DNA from: Mustelus asterias
Lineage: Eukaryota
Length of the DNA stretch: 64,000 bases
Direction: 5' to 3'
Assembly: GCF_964213995.1 (NCBI RefSeq)
Contig: NC_135818.1
Coordinates: 64,356,001-64,420,000 of the forward strand
The number at the start of each line of letters is the position of its first letter. The first letter of the stretch is position 1. The notes beneath the pieces were generated by a model. The model did not search any database. It was not told where the DNA came from and saw only the letters and a list, made by a program, of their open reading frames with translations. The translations under genes were made by a program, and so were the position numbers. Below are positions 37,110 through 49,908 of this stretch, piece by piece.

Positions 37110-37215
37110 GCTCTGAAGATGGGTCACACGGACTCGAAACATTAACTCTGTTTCTCTCTCGACAGATGCTGTCAGACCTGCTGAGTTTTTGGAGATTTTT
37201 CTGTTGCTTTTTATT
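37110..37215 (+). mobile_element. Terminus of a second repeat family with a decayed hammerhead-like motif
   Basis: CTGAAGA-T-GGGTC-ACACG-GACTC-GAAA-CA-TT-AAC followed by TCTGTTTCTCTCTC..CAGATGCTG..AGACCTGCTGAG. Related copies at about 11205-11300 and 14385-14505. Confidence 0.55.
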
Positions 37216-37489
37216 ATAGTATGATCCGTTACTGAATCAAGCAATATTTCAATATTTATCAGCCACAAATAATGTTTTATCGGAGTTCAATAAATTAAAC
37301 GGTCTTTATTCACACTGCCTTCCATATGCTTTGATAAAGTTCCTACTATTTCTGTCATCTACAGTATCTTCTGCTGAACAAAAATATTGAAAGTTAAGCA
37401 AATGCGAAGAGGAAAACCTGCATTTATATGGAGCCCCTCATGAACCTTGAGGTTTTTTAAAGTGCTTTACAACCAATGAAGTACATTCG

Positions 37490-38230
37490 AAATAGAAACA
37501 TACTGTTCATAGACTACATAGGGAGAAGGAAAGGAGAGGGTGCAGAATATAATGTTACAGTCACAGATAGGGTGGAAGAGAAAGATCAGCTTAATATATG
37601 ATAGGTTCACTCAAGTCTGTTGGTACGTGTTTTCAGACTTTTTTATTTTTTCCTGGCAGAAGAAGGTGGAAGAGAGTAAATCCGGGGTACGTGGGGTCCT
37701 TGATTATGCTGGCTGCTTTCCCGAGGCAGCAGGAAGTATAGACAGAGTCAGTGGATGGGAGGCTGGTTTGCGTGATGCACTAGGCTACGTTCACAACCCT
37801 TTGTAGTTTCTTGCAGTCTTGGTTAGCGCAGGAGCCATACCAAGCTGTGATACATCCAGACAGGATGCTTTCTATGGTGCATCTGTAAACATTGGTGAGA
37901 GTTGTAGTGGATATGCTGAATTTCCGTAGCCTCCTGAGAAAGTAGAGGCATTGGTGGGCTTTCTTAACTATATCATCGGCAAGGAGGGACCAGGACAGAT
38001 TGTTGGTGATCTGAACACCTAGAAACTTGAAGTTCTCGACCATCTCCACTTCATCACCATTGATGTAGACAGGGGCATGTCCTCCACTACACTTCCTGAA
38101 GTCAATAGTAGCTCCTTTGTTTTACTGACATTGAGGGAATGATTATTGTTGTTGCACCATTTCACTAGGTTCTCTATCTCTTTCCTGTGCTCCATCTCAT
38201 CAGTGTTTGAGATCTGACCAACTAAAGCGG
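37490..38230 (-). mobile_element. Rex1/Babar-like LINE fragment
   Basis: EMVENFKFLGVQITNNLSW..KKAHQCLYFLRRLRKF..YRCTIESILSGCITAWYG. Confidence 0.85.
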
Positions 38231-38339
38231 GGAGTTGGAGGGGTATTTGGCCACAAATCTTTTTTGGCTAAAAACAAATTATTGCAGATGCTGGAATCTG
38301 AAATCTTGGCTGGCTCGCTGCTGCCGCCGACTGGAAGTG

Positions 38340-38680
38340 GAATTCTGCTGTTGTCTGGGACTGGGATTCTGCAGCCTGTCTGTCTGCTGACTGGGATTCT
38401 GCAGCCTGTCTGTCTGCTGGCTGGGACTGGGATTCTGCAGTCTATCTGCTGTTGTCTGGATCTACTGGGTCTGGGATTCTGCTACTGTTCGGGACTTGGA
38501 TCCTGCAGATTGTCTGCTGGCTGTGACTGGGATTTTGCAGGTTGTCTGGGGCTGGGATTCTGCTGCTGGATGGGACTGGGACTCTGCAGGCTGTCTGGTG
38601 TCTGGGCCTGGGATTCTACAGGCTGTCTACTGTCTGGGACTGGGATTCTGCAGGCTGTCTGCTGTCTGGGACTGGGTTGC
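38340..38680. repeat. Degenerate tandem repeat (CTGGGATTCTGCAGGCTGTCTG-type), distal block
   Basis: Repeated GGGATTCTGCAG and CTGTCTGGGACT units of variable length (about 27-40 bp). Confidence 0.85.
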
Positions 38681-41303
38681 AGAGGATAGTGCAGATGAAT
38701 GCATGGCTTAAGAGTTGGTGCAGGGGGGAGGATTTTAGATTCCTGGATCACTGGGACCATTTCTGGGGAAGGTGGGACCTACACAAGTAGGACGGTCTAC
38801 ATCTGAACCAGAACAGGACTAAAATCCTTGCGGGCCATTTTGCCAGTGCTGTTGGGAGGAGTTTAAACTAATTTGGCAGGGGGAGGGGACACAGACTGTT
38901 AGCTGAATAAGAGGAAACAGAATCATACAGCAAAACAAACAAATCAGAGGGAATACAGCTGTATTAAGTTTCAAGGGAGTAAGGCCAGGTTGGATGGCCT
39001 TTACTTTAAAGCCAGGATATTGCAGGTAAAACAGATGATTTGAGGGCAATGATTGACACGTGCAAGTGTGATATAGTAGCCATCACAGAGACATGGTTGA
39101 AGGAAGGACACAATTCCGATATATAAAATCTTCAATTGAGACAGGGGAGGAGGTAAAAGAAGAAGAGGTATTGCATTATTAGTTAAGGAGTCAGTTCTGC
39201 AGTAAGGAGAGATGGTATTTTGGAGGGGGCATCAAATTAAGCTTTGTGGGTAGGGCTTAGGAATAAAAAAGGGACAGCCATATTGTTAGGGGCTTATTAT
39301 AGACCCCCAGATAGTCAGAGGGATATTGAGGGGCAAATATGTGCTCAATTTGAGGAGAGGTGTATAAACAATAAAAATAGGATTATTATTTCAGGTGATT
39401 TCAACTTTCCCAACATTCACTGGGAAATGCATAATGTTAAGGGCTTGGATGGAATAGATTTCTTGTAATGTGCACAGGAGAACTTTTTAAATCAATATGT
39501 GGAGGGTTGAACAAGGGAGGGAGCTGTGCTGGACCTAATTCTGGGGAATGAAGCTGGACAGGTGGTTGAGGTGATGGCGGGGGAGCATTTTAGTGATAGC
39601 GATCACAACATGGTAAGCTTGTTATGGACAAGGCAATAGACAAGATGCAGAAAAAATATTTTGGATTGGGGGAGAGCGGATTTTAGTAAAATAAGGCAGA
39701 ATCTGGCCAAGGTGGACTGGGAACAGCTACAAATGGGAAAATCCACAGAAGAGCAGAGGGGGGCATTCAAAAAGGAAATGGGGAGGGTGTAAGCCCAGTA
39801 TGTTCCCTCTAAGGTTACCAGGTAGGAATAACAAGCTCAAAGAACCACTGATGACCAGAGATATTTAGGTTCTAATGAGAAGGAAAAGAAAGGCTTTTGA
39901 AAAGTACAAGGGCAGAAAATCAGTGGAGGCATTAGTGAGGTATAGAAAGTGCAGGGTGGATCTTAAGAAAGCAATTAGGAATACAAAGAGGGGACATGAG
40001 AAAGCTCTGACTGGTAAAAGTAGGGAAAATCCCAAGGTAGTCTATAAGCATATCAATGGGAAGAGGATAACCAGAGAAAGAGTAGAGCCCATTGGGGACC
40101 AAGGGGGCAATCTGTGGGTGGAACCAGAGGACATTGATAGAGTGTTGAATGAATACTTCACATCCATCTTCAACTAAGAGAATGAGGACAAAGGTATGGA
40201 ATTCAGGGGGAGAGACTGTGAGGCTCTTGAGCAAATTGATGTAGGAAAGGACAAGGTTTTGGAGGTGTTGGCAGCCTTAAAAGTGGATAAATCTCCAGGT
40301 CCTGATGAATTGTGTCCTAGGCTGCTGTGGGAGGCAAGGGAGGAGATTGCAAGGGCTCTGACCCAAATTTACAATTCGTCTCTGGCCATGGGTGAGGTGC
40401 CAGATGACTGGAGAACAGCTAATGTGGTTCTGCTATTTTAGAAGGGTTGTAGAGATAAACCAGGGAACTATAGACCAGTGAGTTACACGTCAGTGGTACG
40501 GAAACTATTAGAGAAACTTCTGAAGGAGAACATTTATCTCCACTTGGAGATGCAAAGCTTTATCAGGGATAGTCAGCATGGCTTTGGCAGAGGGAGGTCA
40601 TGCCTAACAAATTTGATTGAATTTTTTGAGGAGGTGACCAGGTGTGTAGACACGGTAGTGCAGTCGGTGTAGTTTATATGGATTTCAGCAAAGTCTTTGA
40701 CAAAGTTCCACATGGGAGTCTTGTAAAGAAGATAAATTCACATGGGATGCAGGGTAATTTGATAAAGTGAATTCAAAATTGGCTCACTAGTAGAAGACAG
40801 AATGTGATGATAGAAGGCTGTTTTAGTGACTGGAAGCCAGTGTTCAGTGGCGTACCACAGGGATCTGTGTTGGGCACCCTATTATTCATCATTTATATAA
40901 GTGACATTGATGACTATGTAGGGGGTAGAATTAGTAAATTTGCGGATGACACAAAGATTGCTCGGATGGTTAACAGTGAGGCGGAGTGTCTTTGGCTACA
41001 AAACGATATAGACGGAATGGTCAAATGGGCAGATAATTGGCAGATGGAATTTAACCCCGAAACGTGTGAGGTGATACACTTTGGAAGGAGTAATTTGACG
41101 AGAAAGTACTCAATGAATGGTAGGACACTAACAAGTTCTGTGGAACAAAGGGACCTTGGCATGTTTGTCCACAGATCTCTGAAAGTGGAAGGGCATGTTA
41201 GTAGGGTGACAAAAATGGCATATGGGACACTTGCCTTTATCAATCGAGGCATAGATTACAAAAGCAGGGCAGTCATGTTGGAGTTGTATAGAACTTTGGT
41301 GAG
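38680..41303 (+). mobile_element. CR1-like LINE, internal portion (end of ORF1, endonuclease, RT), lacking the 3' end
   Basis: Esterase-like WDHFWGRWDL..DGLHLN, APE motifs YYRPP and GDFNFP, RT motifs [23 protein letters not shown]. Stops abruptly at LYRTLVR. Many stops and frameshifts. Confidence 0.92.
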
Positions 41304-41625
41304 GATTCTGCAGGCTGTCTGTCTGTCTGGGACTGGGATTCTGCAGGCTCTCTGGGACTTGGATTCTGCAGGTTATCTGGGGCTGGGATTCTGCAGGCTG
41401 TCTGTCTGCTGTCTGGGACTGGGATTCTGCAGGCTGTCTGGTTCTGGGATTCTGCAGGCTATCTGGGACTGGGATTCTGCAGGCTGTCTGGAATCTGGAA
41501 CTGAGATTCTGCAGGCTATCTGGGGCTGGGATTCTGCAGGCTGTCTGGAGTCTGGAACTGGGATTCTGCAGGCTCTCTGTCTGCTGTCTGGGATTCTGCT
41601 GTCTGCTGCACTGTGACTCTGCAGG
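41304..41625. repeat. Degenerate tandem repeat (CTGGGATTCTGCAGGCTGTCTG-type), proximal block
   Basis: Same unit as 38340-38680. Ends about 125 bp before the FKBP3 ATG. Confidence 0.88.
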
Positions 41626-41629
41626 CACC

Positions 41630-41749
41630 TAGCCAGACCACAATGCTTTGCGGTGTGCTTTCCAAGATGGCGCTTGTGAATAGGGTGTATGGGCGGCCGC
41701 TGGGCGGCGGTGTGACTGCCCCCGGGAGGCGGGGAGACGGGACACGGTC
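41630..41749 (+). promoter_or_regulatory. FKBP3 CpG promoter / 5' UTR
   Basis: YY1-like AAGATGGCG 41664-41672, GGGCGG boxes, CpG-rich. Confidence 0.6.
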
Positions 41750-41854
41750 ATGGCCGCCGAGCCAGCGAGGCAGTGGACGGAGGAGCAGCTGAGGAGCGAG
41801 GATGTGGCGAAAAAGGACATCATCCAGTTCTTGCAGCAGAGCGCCTCGGAGCCG
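41750..41854 (+). CDS. FKBP3: FKBP3 (FKBP25 peptidyl-prolyl isomerase) exon 1
   Basis: MAAEPARQWTEEQLRSEDVAKKDIIQFLQQSASEP, donor GTGAGA. Confidence 0.93.
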
Positions 41855-42310
41855 GTGAGAGCGGGGCCGGGGGGAGAGGGAGAGTTTCCCGGGGCTGGGG
41901 CAGCGCTAGTCCCGGGGAGCTGACTCCCGCACCCGGGAACATGCGGCTCGGCCTGCACTCGTCTGGAGGGCTCTGCAGAGCAGCACTGCGGCTGAATGGG
42001 TGCCAGTGGCTCCTTATAAACCTCTCCCCTGCCATTCACAGCTTCATAATGTTAGAGTCTAAAGACACACCTCCCTAATGCTGGAAAGCTGCTGAATAAT
42101 ATTTTATAAATACATATCTTCCTTTATCATAAATGCACAAAGCTGGCAAAAATCACAATGCAAAAAGAATCAGGTACAAAACTGGTTGCTATTTTAAGTG
42201 GCAGTTATTTTGAGACAGTCACCTTTAGAAGATCAGAAGTCGACTGCAGTATTATATATTTTCTAGTTCTTGTGACAGTGATTTTCAACATGTTTTCTTT
42301 TTCCAATTAG

Positions 42311-42412
42311 TTTCTTGGTGAACACAAGTTACTGGGAAACATCAAGAATGTGGCCAAGACAGCGAAGAAGGAGCAACTAATCGTTGCCTACAACCAGTTT
42401 TTTGAAACCAAG
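42311..42412 (+). CDS. FKBP3: FKBP3 exon 2
   Basis: [34 protein letters not shown] (N-terminal helical bundle domain), AG/GT. Confidence 0.95.
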
Positions 42413-42704
42413 GTGAAGAATTGTGCTTTGCACTCAGTGATATCATTGTTAAGTCATAAAGGCCTAGTGTCCACTTTGTTATAATTTTGACCATTGTTAT
42501 CAGAGTATGTTCGATTATTGCTTCAAACACATTTTTTGCTTGATAAGTGAATTTCTGGTTTGCAAGCCAGGATATTTTGAGTTAATATTTGCATTTATGT
42601 AGCATCTAAAGATGATAGGCCTTAAAACCAGTGCAATAAATTACTTTAGACTTAGTCCAGTGACTTATTTAAGCGGATATACAAAAATGAGATAGGAAAT
42701 TTCT

Positions 42705-43282
42705 CAGGTTTCCTCCCACACTCCAAAATGTTTGGGTTAGGTTGATTGGCCATGCTAAATTGCCCCTTAGTATGAGGGGGATTAGCAGGGTAAATACGTG
42801 GGGTTACAGGAATAGGGCCTGGGTGGGATTGTTTTTGGTGCATGTTCGATGGGCTGAATGGCCCATGCACTGTAGGGATTCTATGAAAAGACATCCAAGT
42901 CCATTCATCCAACCTGTTCCATATAATTGTGATGTCTTGTACTCACAATTCATACGCGGCACAGTAGCACAGTGGTTAGCACTGCTGCTTCACCGCTCCA
43001 GGGACCTGGGTTCAATTCCCGGCTTGGGTCACTGTCTGTGTGGAGTTTGCACATTCTCCCCGTGTCTGCGTGGGTTTCCTCCGGGTGCTATCACAGTCCA
43101 AAGATGTGCAGGTTAGGTTGATTGGCCATGCTATAATTGCCCCTTAGTGTCCTGAGATGCATAGGTTAGAAGGATTAGCGGGTAAATGTGTAAGGATATG
43201 GGGGTAGGGCCTGGGTGGGATTGTGGTCGGTGCAGACTCGATGGGCCGAATGGCCTCTTTCTGCACTGTAGGGTTTCTATGA
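42705..43282 (+). mobile_element. Two tandem HE1/V-SINE-like SINEs (partial 42705-42885, full 42955-43282)
   Basis: GGCACAGTAGCACAGTGGTTAGCACTGCTG...CACTGTAGGGTTTCTATGA. Confidence 0.85.
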
Positions 43283-44583
43283 TACTTCACTGTCTCACCT
43301 GGAGACCATGTACTTTTTTGGGAGAGGCAAGAAAAAATTTTGAAAAATCCAAGCCAGTTGGGGGAAATTAAGTCTAGAGAAAATACCCCCCTCCTCCCTT
43401 GCCCCAGATCAAAACTAGTCCAAGTCTTGATTCATGTTACATGGTATTTATCTCTTGTCGGAGATTATCTGTTGCTTACTTGATACCAGCTCACTTGAAG
43501 GAGCTCAGTAAATCAACATTCACCAGATGAGCTGCTGGTCTGTTCCATAGTTCTATTCCTAGGGCATCAAATTAAAATCTAACCTAATTCCATCATAATA
43601 TAACTTTAGATTGTGACCCCTCGTTCTTCCTAATCTATTTTGTTGAAACAAATTGCCTGCATAAACACAATATTCCCCCTTCATTATAAAAGGTAAGGTA
43701 AAGTTGCCATAGTCCCAGATGATCATAGGTTGCTCTTCCCTTTGAGGGGGAAAGCTGACTGGTAGTGATTTAATCTAAGGATCACCACACCTGAGGCAAG
43801 GGGCAAGGTTGTGAAGGCAGGACCGTCATTATATACCCATTAATAGTAGCTGTGTCCTCACAAACAGCGACAGGATGAAAGAAATTTAGAGTAATTGGAA
43901 GACAGTTGCATTTCTATTACACATGGGAGCAGTCGTAAAGGCTTTGTTTACAGTGAATGACTTAAGTAAGAAAGAGTTGGCATTTATGTGGCATTTTTCA
44001 CAACTTCAGGATATCTCAAAGTACTTCACAAGTGACTCTTGTGATGCAGAGAAATGAGGCAGTCAACTTGCACATAACTAGGATCCACAAACAACAGTAT
44101 ATTAAATCTCTAGACAATATGTTTATTGATTGAAGGATGTATATTAGCCAGGACACCAAAGGTCCCCCTTCTGTCCTTCATTGAATAGAACTGGGATCTT
44201 TTGCATGCGCCACATAGAGCACGTGGGACCTTTATTTGGTGCCTTTTGCAAAAGACATTTCAGTTGGAAAATAAATTTTGCACATTGCAAGGTCTCACAA
44301 ACGATAGTGAGATGAATGACAGTTAAATGCGCTGCTTAAGTGCTTCAGAGGTTTACCTGCTGTCTGCTTCTTGGAGGAGAGTTCTGTCCTACCAGCATAA
44401 TCACTCTTCTACAGTAGGCCAGTAATTATCAATAAAACCATCACAAATTGAGCACGGTGTGAATATTTATATCAACTTTCAATATATTTGCATAGACAAA
44501 ATAAAATCATAGCTTCTTAGTTTTGGTGGTCGTTGCAGCCTACACTTATAACATAGAATAAACTATTTTTCCTCGACCTGCAG

Positions 44584-44697
44584 AGGTTTAAAGGCACTGA
44601 AAGTGCAGAGAAAGTCACTCAGCAGCTGAAAGATGTGAAGTTAGGGGCTGCTCAGGATAAAGCAAAGGCCAAGAAACCGGAAGTGACCGCAACTGAG
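44584..44697 (+). CDS. FKBP3: FKBP3 exon 3
   Basis: RFKGTESAEKVTQQLKDVKLGAAQDKAKAKKPEVTATE, with CTGCAG acceptor and GTTAGT donor. Confidence 0.92.
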
Positions 44698-44749
44698 GTT
44701 AGTACACAAAATCCTTGGTTTTAAAAACAAAATCAGCATTATTGAATAA

Positions 44750-46810
44750 AATTTGATTTATTATTGTCACATGTATTGGTATACAGTGAAAAGTATTGAT
44801 TCTTGCGCGCTATACAGACAAAGCATACCGTTCATAGAGAAGGAAAGAAGAACAAAGAACAATACAGCATAGGAACAGGCCCTTCGACCCTCTAAGCCCG
44901 CGCCGTTCCCTGGTCCAAACTAGACCATTCTTTTGTATCCCTCCATTCCCACTCCGTTCATGTGGCAATCTAGATAAGTCTTAAACGTTCCCAGTGTGTC
45001 CGCCTCCACCACCTTGCCCGGCAGCGCATTCCAGGCCCCCACCACCCTCTGTAAAATACGTCCTTCTGATATCCGTGTTAAACCCCCCCCCCCCCACCTC
45101 ACCTTGAACCTATGACCCCTTGTGAACGTCACCACCGACCTGGGAAAAAGCTTCCCACCGTTCACCCTATCTATGCCTTTCATAATTTTATACACCTCTA
45201 TTAGGTCACCCCTCATCCTCCGTCTTTCCAGTGAGAACAACCCCAGTTTACCCAATCTCTCCTCATAACTAAGCCCTTCCATACCAGGCAACATCCTGGT
45301 AAACCTCCTCTGCACTCTCTCTAAAGCCTCCACGTCCTTCTGGTAGTGTGGCGACCAGAACTGGGCGCAGTATTCCAAATGCGGCCGAACCAACGTTCTA
45401 TACAACTGCAACATCAGACCCCAACTTTTATACTCTATGCCCCGTCCTATAAAGGCAAGCATGCCATATGCCTTATTCACTACCTTCTCCACCTGTGACG
45501 TCACCTTCAAGGGTCTGTGGACTTGCACACCCAGGTCCCTCTGCGTATCTACACCCTTTATGGTTCTGCCATTTATCATATAGCTCCCTCCTACGTTAAT
45601 TCTACCAAAATGCATCACTTCGCATTTATCTGGATTGAACTCCATCTGCCATTTCTTTGCCCAAATTTCCAGCCTATCTATATCCTTCTGTAGCCTCTGA
45701 CAATGTTCCTCACTATCTGCAAGTCCAACCATTTTCGTGTCGTCCGCAAACTTACTGATCACCCCAGTTACACCTTCTTCCAGATCGTTTATATAAGTCA
45801 CAAACAGCAGAGGTCCCAATACAGAGCCCTGCGGAACACCACTAGTCACAGGCATCCAGCCGGAAAAAGACCCTTCCACTACCACCCTCGGTCTTCTGTG
45901 ACCAAGCCAGTTCTCCACCCATCTAGCCACCTCCCCCTTTATCCCATGAGATCCAACCTTTTGCACCAACCTACCATGAGGGACTTTGTCAAACGCTTTA
46001 CTAAAGTCCATATAGACGACATCCACGGCCCTTCCCTCGTCAACCATTCTAGTCACTTCTTCAAAAAACACCACCAGGTTAGTGAGGCATGACCTCCCTC
46101 TCACAAAACCATGCTGACTATCGTTAATGAGTTTATTCCTTTCTAAATGCGCATACATCCTATCTCTAAGAATCCTCTCCAACAACTTCCCTACCACGGA
46201 CGTCAAGCTCACCGGCCTATAATTTCCAGGGTTATCCTTCCTACCCTTCTTAAATAATGGGACCACATTAGCAATCCTCCAATCCTCTGGGACCTCACCT
46301 GTGTCCAGTGACGAGACAAAGATTTGCGTCAGAGGCCCAGCGATTTCATCTCTCGTCTCCCTGAGCAGCCTTGGATAGATTTAATCGGGCCCTGGGGATT
46401 TGTCAGTCTTTATATTCCCTAAAAAACCTAACATTTCCTCCCTTGTAATGTAGATTTTCTCTAACGGGTCAACACTCCCCTCCGAGACACTCCCAACACA
46501 TCCCTCTCCTTTGTGGAAGGAGAGAGTGCAGAATGTAGTGTTACAGTCATAGCTAGGGAGTAGAGAAAAATCAACTTGATATAAGGTAGGTCCATTCAAA
46601 AGTCTGACGCCAGCAGGAAAGAAGCTGTTCTTGAGCCGGTTGGTGCATGACCTCAGACGTTTGTATCTTTTTCCTGACGGAAGAAGGTGCAAGAGAGAAT
46701 GTCCGGTGTGCGTGAGATCCTTAATTATGCTGGCTGCTTTGCTGAGGCAGTGGGAAGTGTAGACAGAGTCAATGGATGGGAGGCTGGTTTGCGTGATGGA
46801 CTGGGCTATT
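44750..46810 (-). mobile_element. Rex1-like 3' fragment (44750-44845 and 46510-46810) with a nested young CR1 LINE (about 44848-46500)
   Basis: Uninterrupted 448-aa CR1 RT ORF at 44920-46266. The flanks join into the same Rex1 3' end seen at 10405-10800. Confidence 0.92.
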
Positions 46811-47641
46811 ATAATTGTAGAATTGTAAGACAATTCTGTCTCAATGATGTATCCAATTTAATTTATAGAATTGCTTCTGGAATTATGACGCAATGGCCTA
46901 GCCCTAGATTTTGACAGGGAGGGGCACCGCACGATATGCCCTGTTGGATTTGTTGGTGTACATTTAAGTTGCAGTTTTAAAAAAAAGTTGATGCAAAGGG
47001 CAAGCTGAGGCAAAAGAGCATCTGGGACATTGGTGAACATTAGGAAAAACAATACCTCTCCTTAACTTTATAAAGAATTGGAACTTAAATGAGAAGGAGG
47101 ATGAATTGCAGTGGGTGAATTTAATGTCAAATCTGATATAGAAATGGAGAGGGAAAATCAGATTGAATTAAGAGAAAAAAAGACAGTAGATTATTTTAGA
47201 AATATGACATTTTGATAATACCTAATAATTTACAACCTGAAGAAATAAAACTCTACTTTTAAATGTTCATTTTTTCAGCCAGCAAGCTTATTTTGGCAGT
47301 CATTAACATGTGTTTTTAATTACGAAGCTTAATTTTCATGGAAATCACAGGGAGGTTAAAGACAAGATGCTAATCTCTGGAGGCTAATGGCGGAGACAGC
47401 AATTTTTGGGAATTCGCAATTCACACAATATCTTTTCCACATTGCGAGTTGCTGAATTACATGTTAAAGGAAGTGTGCATGTTTACACGCTGCTACTTTC
47501 GAGAAAATTCTGGGCCATTATTTCCAAAAATTCTAATTTTTAGGAATTGGATGTTGGTTTTATTTTGTTTCACTTCTGCCTGTTTGAAATGTTACTGATT
47601 TTAAAGTTAAATAACCTTCAACATCTTCTGATCAATTCTAG

Positions 47642-47774
47642 GAACCACCAAAATACACCAAATCCGTGTTGCAAAAAGGAGACAAAACCAACTTTCCCAA
47701 GAAGGGTGACACTGTCCACTGCTGGTACACAGGAACTTTGGAAGATGGGACTGTGTTTGACACAAATGTTGCTA
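47642..47774 (+). CDS. FKBP3: FKBP3 exon 4
   Basis: EPPKYTKSVLQKGDKTNFPKKGDTVHCWYTGTLEDGTVFDTNVA, donor GTAAGT, phase 1. Confidence 0.96.
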
Positions 47775-48209
47775 GTAAGTATTTTATAGAACAGAGGTGC
47801 TTTATAAATTAGAGAAAATAATTGAGGATATGAGCAAGTTTATAAAGTATGATGTTGCCTCTCATTCCAAACTCATTCATATCCATTCATTTAAAGGATA
47901 GTTCTGTGTATCTTTAATTGAGTAAACTTGCCACATATTTTTAATTGTAAGTGCATATAAACCATCCTGGACCTTTAGATGTTACAGTGGAGTAATCTAA
48001 CTCGATTTTGTGTAAAAATGAGTGGTTATTAAGCATTCTTCAGATATGATGAAAACATTAAGAGCAGAAAATTCTGTTATTTTCTTTTCAAGTGCAATAC
48101 TATTTTTCCTTTTCTTAAGAAAAGCTCCAAAGGGGCAAAGTATTTTTTTATTTATAGTGTGGTGGGGAAGTGGTGTCAGGGTTTTAACAATCCTGTTGGT
48201 TTGAAGGGA

Positions 48210-48545
48210 AGGTGGCACGGTGGTTAGCACTGCTGTCTCACAGTGCCAGGGTCCTGGGTTCAATTCTGGCTTTGGGTGACGGTCTGTGTGGAGTGTCCAC
48301 ATTCTCCCATGTCTGCGTGGGTTTCCTCCAGGTGTCCTGGTTCCTCCCACACCAAAGCTTTCCAGGTTACGTGGATTGGTCATACTAAATTGCCCCTTAG
48401 TGTCCCAAGATCTGTAGGTTAGGGGAATTAGGGGGGTAAATATGTGTGGTTACGGGGAGGGGCCTGGGTAAGATGCTCTGTGCGAGAGTTGGTGTAGACT
48501 CGATGGGCTGAATGGCCTCCTTCTGCACTGTAGAGATTCTATGAT
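48210..48545 (+). mobile_element. HE1/V-SINE-like SINE
   Basis: GGTGGCACGGTGGTTAGCACTGCTG...CACTGTAGAGATTCTATGA. Confidence 0.85.
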
Positions 48546-49840
48546 ATGCTTCTTTCTAAAGAGCTATCAAAAACAAGAAAATGTGAAGAGTGACTGGCAT
48601 TGAACATCCTTATCTTTCATTGTAAGCTGCAAGCTGTATTAGGTGATCTTTGTACAAAAGTGATACATTTTAAACCTGCATCAATGATTTCTTCCATTTC
48701 CTGGATACACCGGAGACTTGAAAGTAGTGCATTTGACATAATTTCCTGATTAATTTTATTGTTGTTGTTACTCCCAGTGGAGAAGTGTTTTGGCTTTCTC
48801 TGATAAAGTAAAATGTAAAGTTTATTTATTAGTCACAAGTAGGCTTACATTAACATTGCAATGAAGTTACTGTGAAAATCTCTGAGTCGCCACACTCCGG
48901 CACCTGTTCGGATACAGAGGGAGAATTTAGCATGGCCAATCCACCTAACCAGCATGTCTTTCAGACTGTGGGAGGAAACCCACCCAGTTGACATTATTAA
49001 CTTAACTGAACATAGTGTAAGCATGAACACAACCTGCATCCTCTTAGTTCATGGCACAATGTGTGATTTTGTTGAATTTTGTTTTATTCTTTGTATTTTG
49101 CTAAACTTTTACAATTGTGATTGATAAATCAAGGAATCATTACAAAAACATGTCAAACACAACTCTAGAAGGTGGCAGGACATGACTCACCGAGTGTGGT
49201 TAGCAAAGCATATGGATCTTGGGTTTCATAAATAGAGGTATTGAACACTAAAGAAGGGAAGTTATGCTCCAACTTGAGTATTTCATCCAGTTCTGGTCAT
49301 CACACTTTAAGATGTGAAGGTCATTGAGAGGGTGCAGAGGAAAATGACCAGAATGGTTCTAGGGTAGGGGGAGATTTAGTTGCAAGGTTAGGTTGGAAAG
49401 GCTGAGGTTGTTCTCCTGGATTTGAGCAGGAGAGTTGGACCAACTAGGTTGTTCTCCAGGAGCTAGCATGGGCCCAATGGGCTGAATGGCCTCCTAAACC
49501 ATAAATGACTCCATGACTAAAATAATACTTTCACTTTATTTTTATTTAATATAAAATATGCTTTTTTTTTACAGGTCCCAAGTAGTTTTGATAGATTTTT
49601 GGTTGGAAAAAAATATATTTTGAAAGCTTGTCACTTCCCTATCTCTGCTGAAAGTAATAATTTGAGCTTCTGTACAGTTCCATCACTGTTGGTAGCCATT
49701 AATTGGCCTTGTTGACCTGCTGAAGTGAATGCAAAAGACCCCTCTGGAATATTGAATGCTGAATATAAAATAAATGATAACAGGTAAAGGAGTTTTAGAT
49801 AATTGACTTTTAAATTATTCATGGAATTTCCTTTTTACAG

Positions 49841-49908
49841 GTTCAAAAAAGAAAAAGGCAGTAAAACCTCTGAGCTTTAAAGTAGGAATTGGAAGAGTTA
49901 TCCGAGGG
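49841..49908 (+). CDS. FKBP3: FKBP3 exon 5
   Basis: (S)SKKKKAVKPLSFKVGIGRVIRG, including the basic loop. TTACAG acceptor and GTAAGA donor. Confidence 0.95.

Noticed and set aside
38207-38790. ORFs with GTGILQ/WDWDSAG repeats (also 41128-41628)
   Set aside because: Translations of the degenerate tandem repeat.
44920-46266. Domesticated reverse transcriptase gene (448-aa open frame)
   Set aside because: It is a 5'-truncated young CR1 copy with its 3' tail, nested in another repeat. The open frame is explained by recency.
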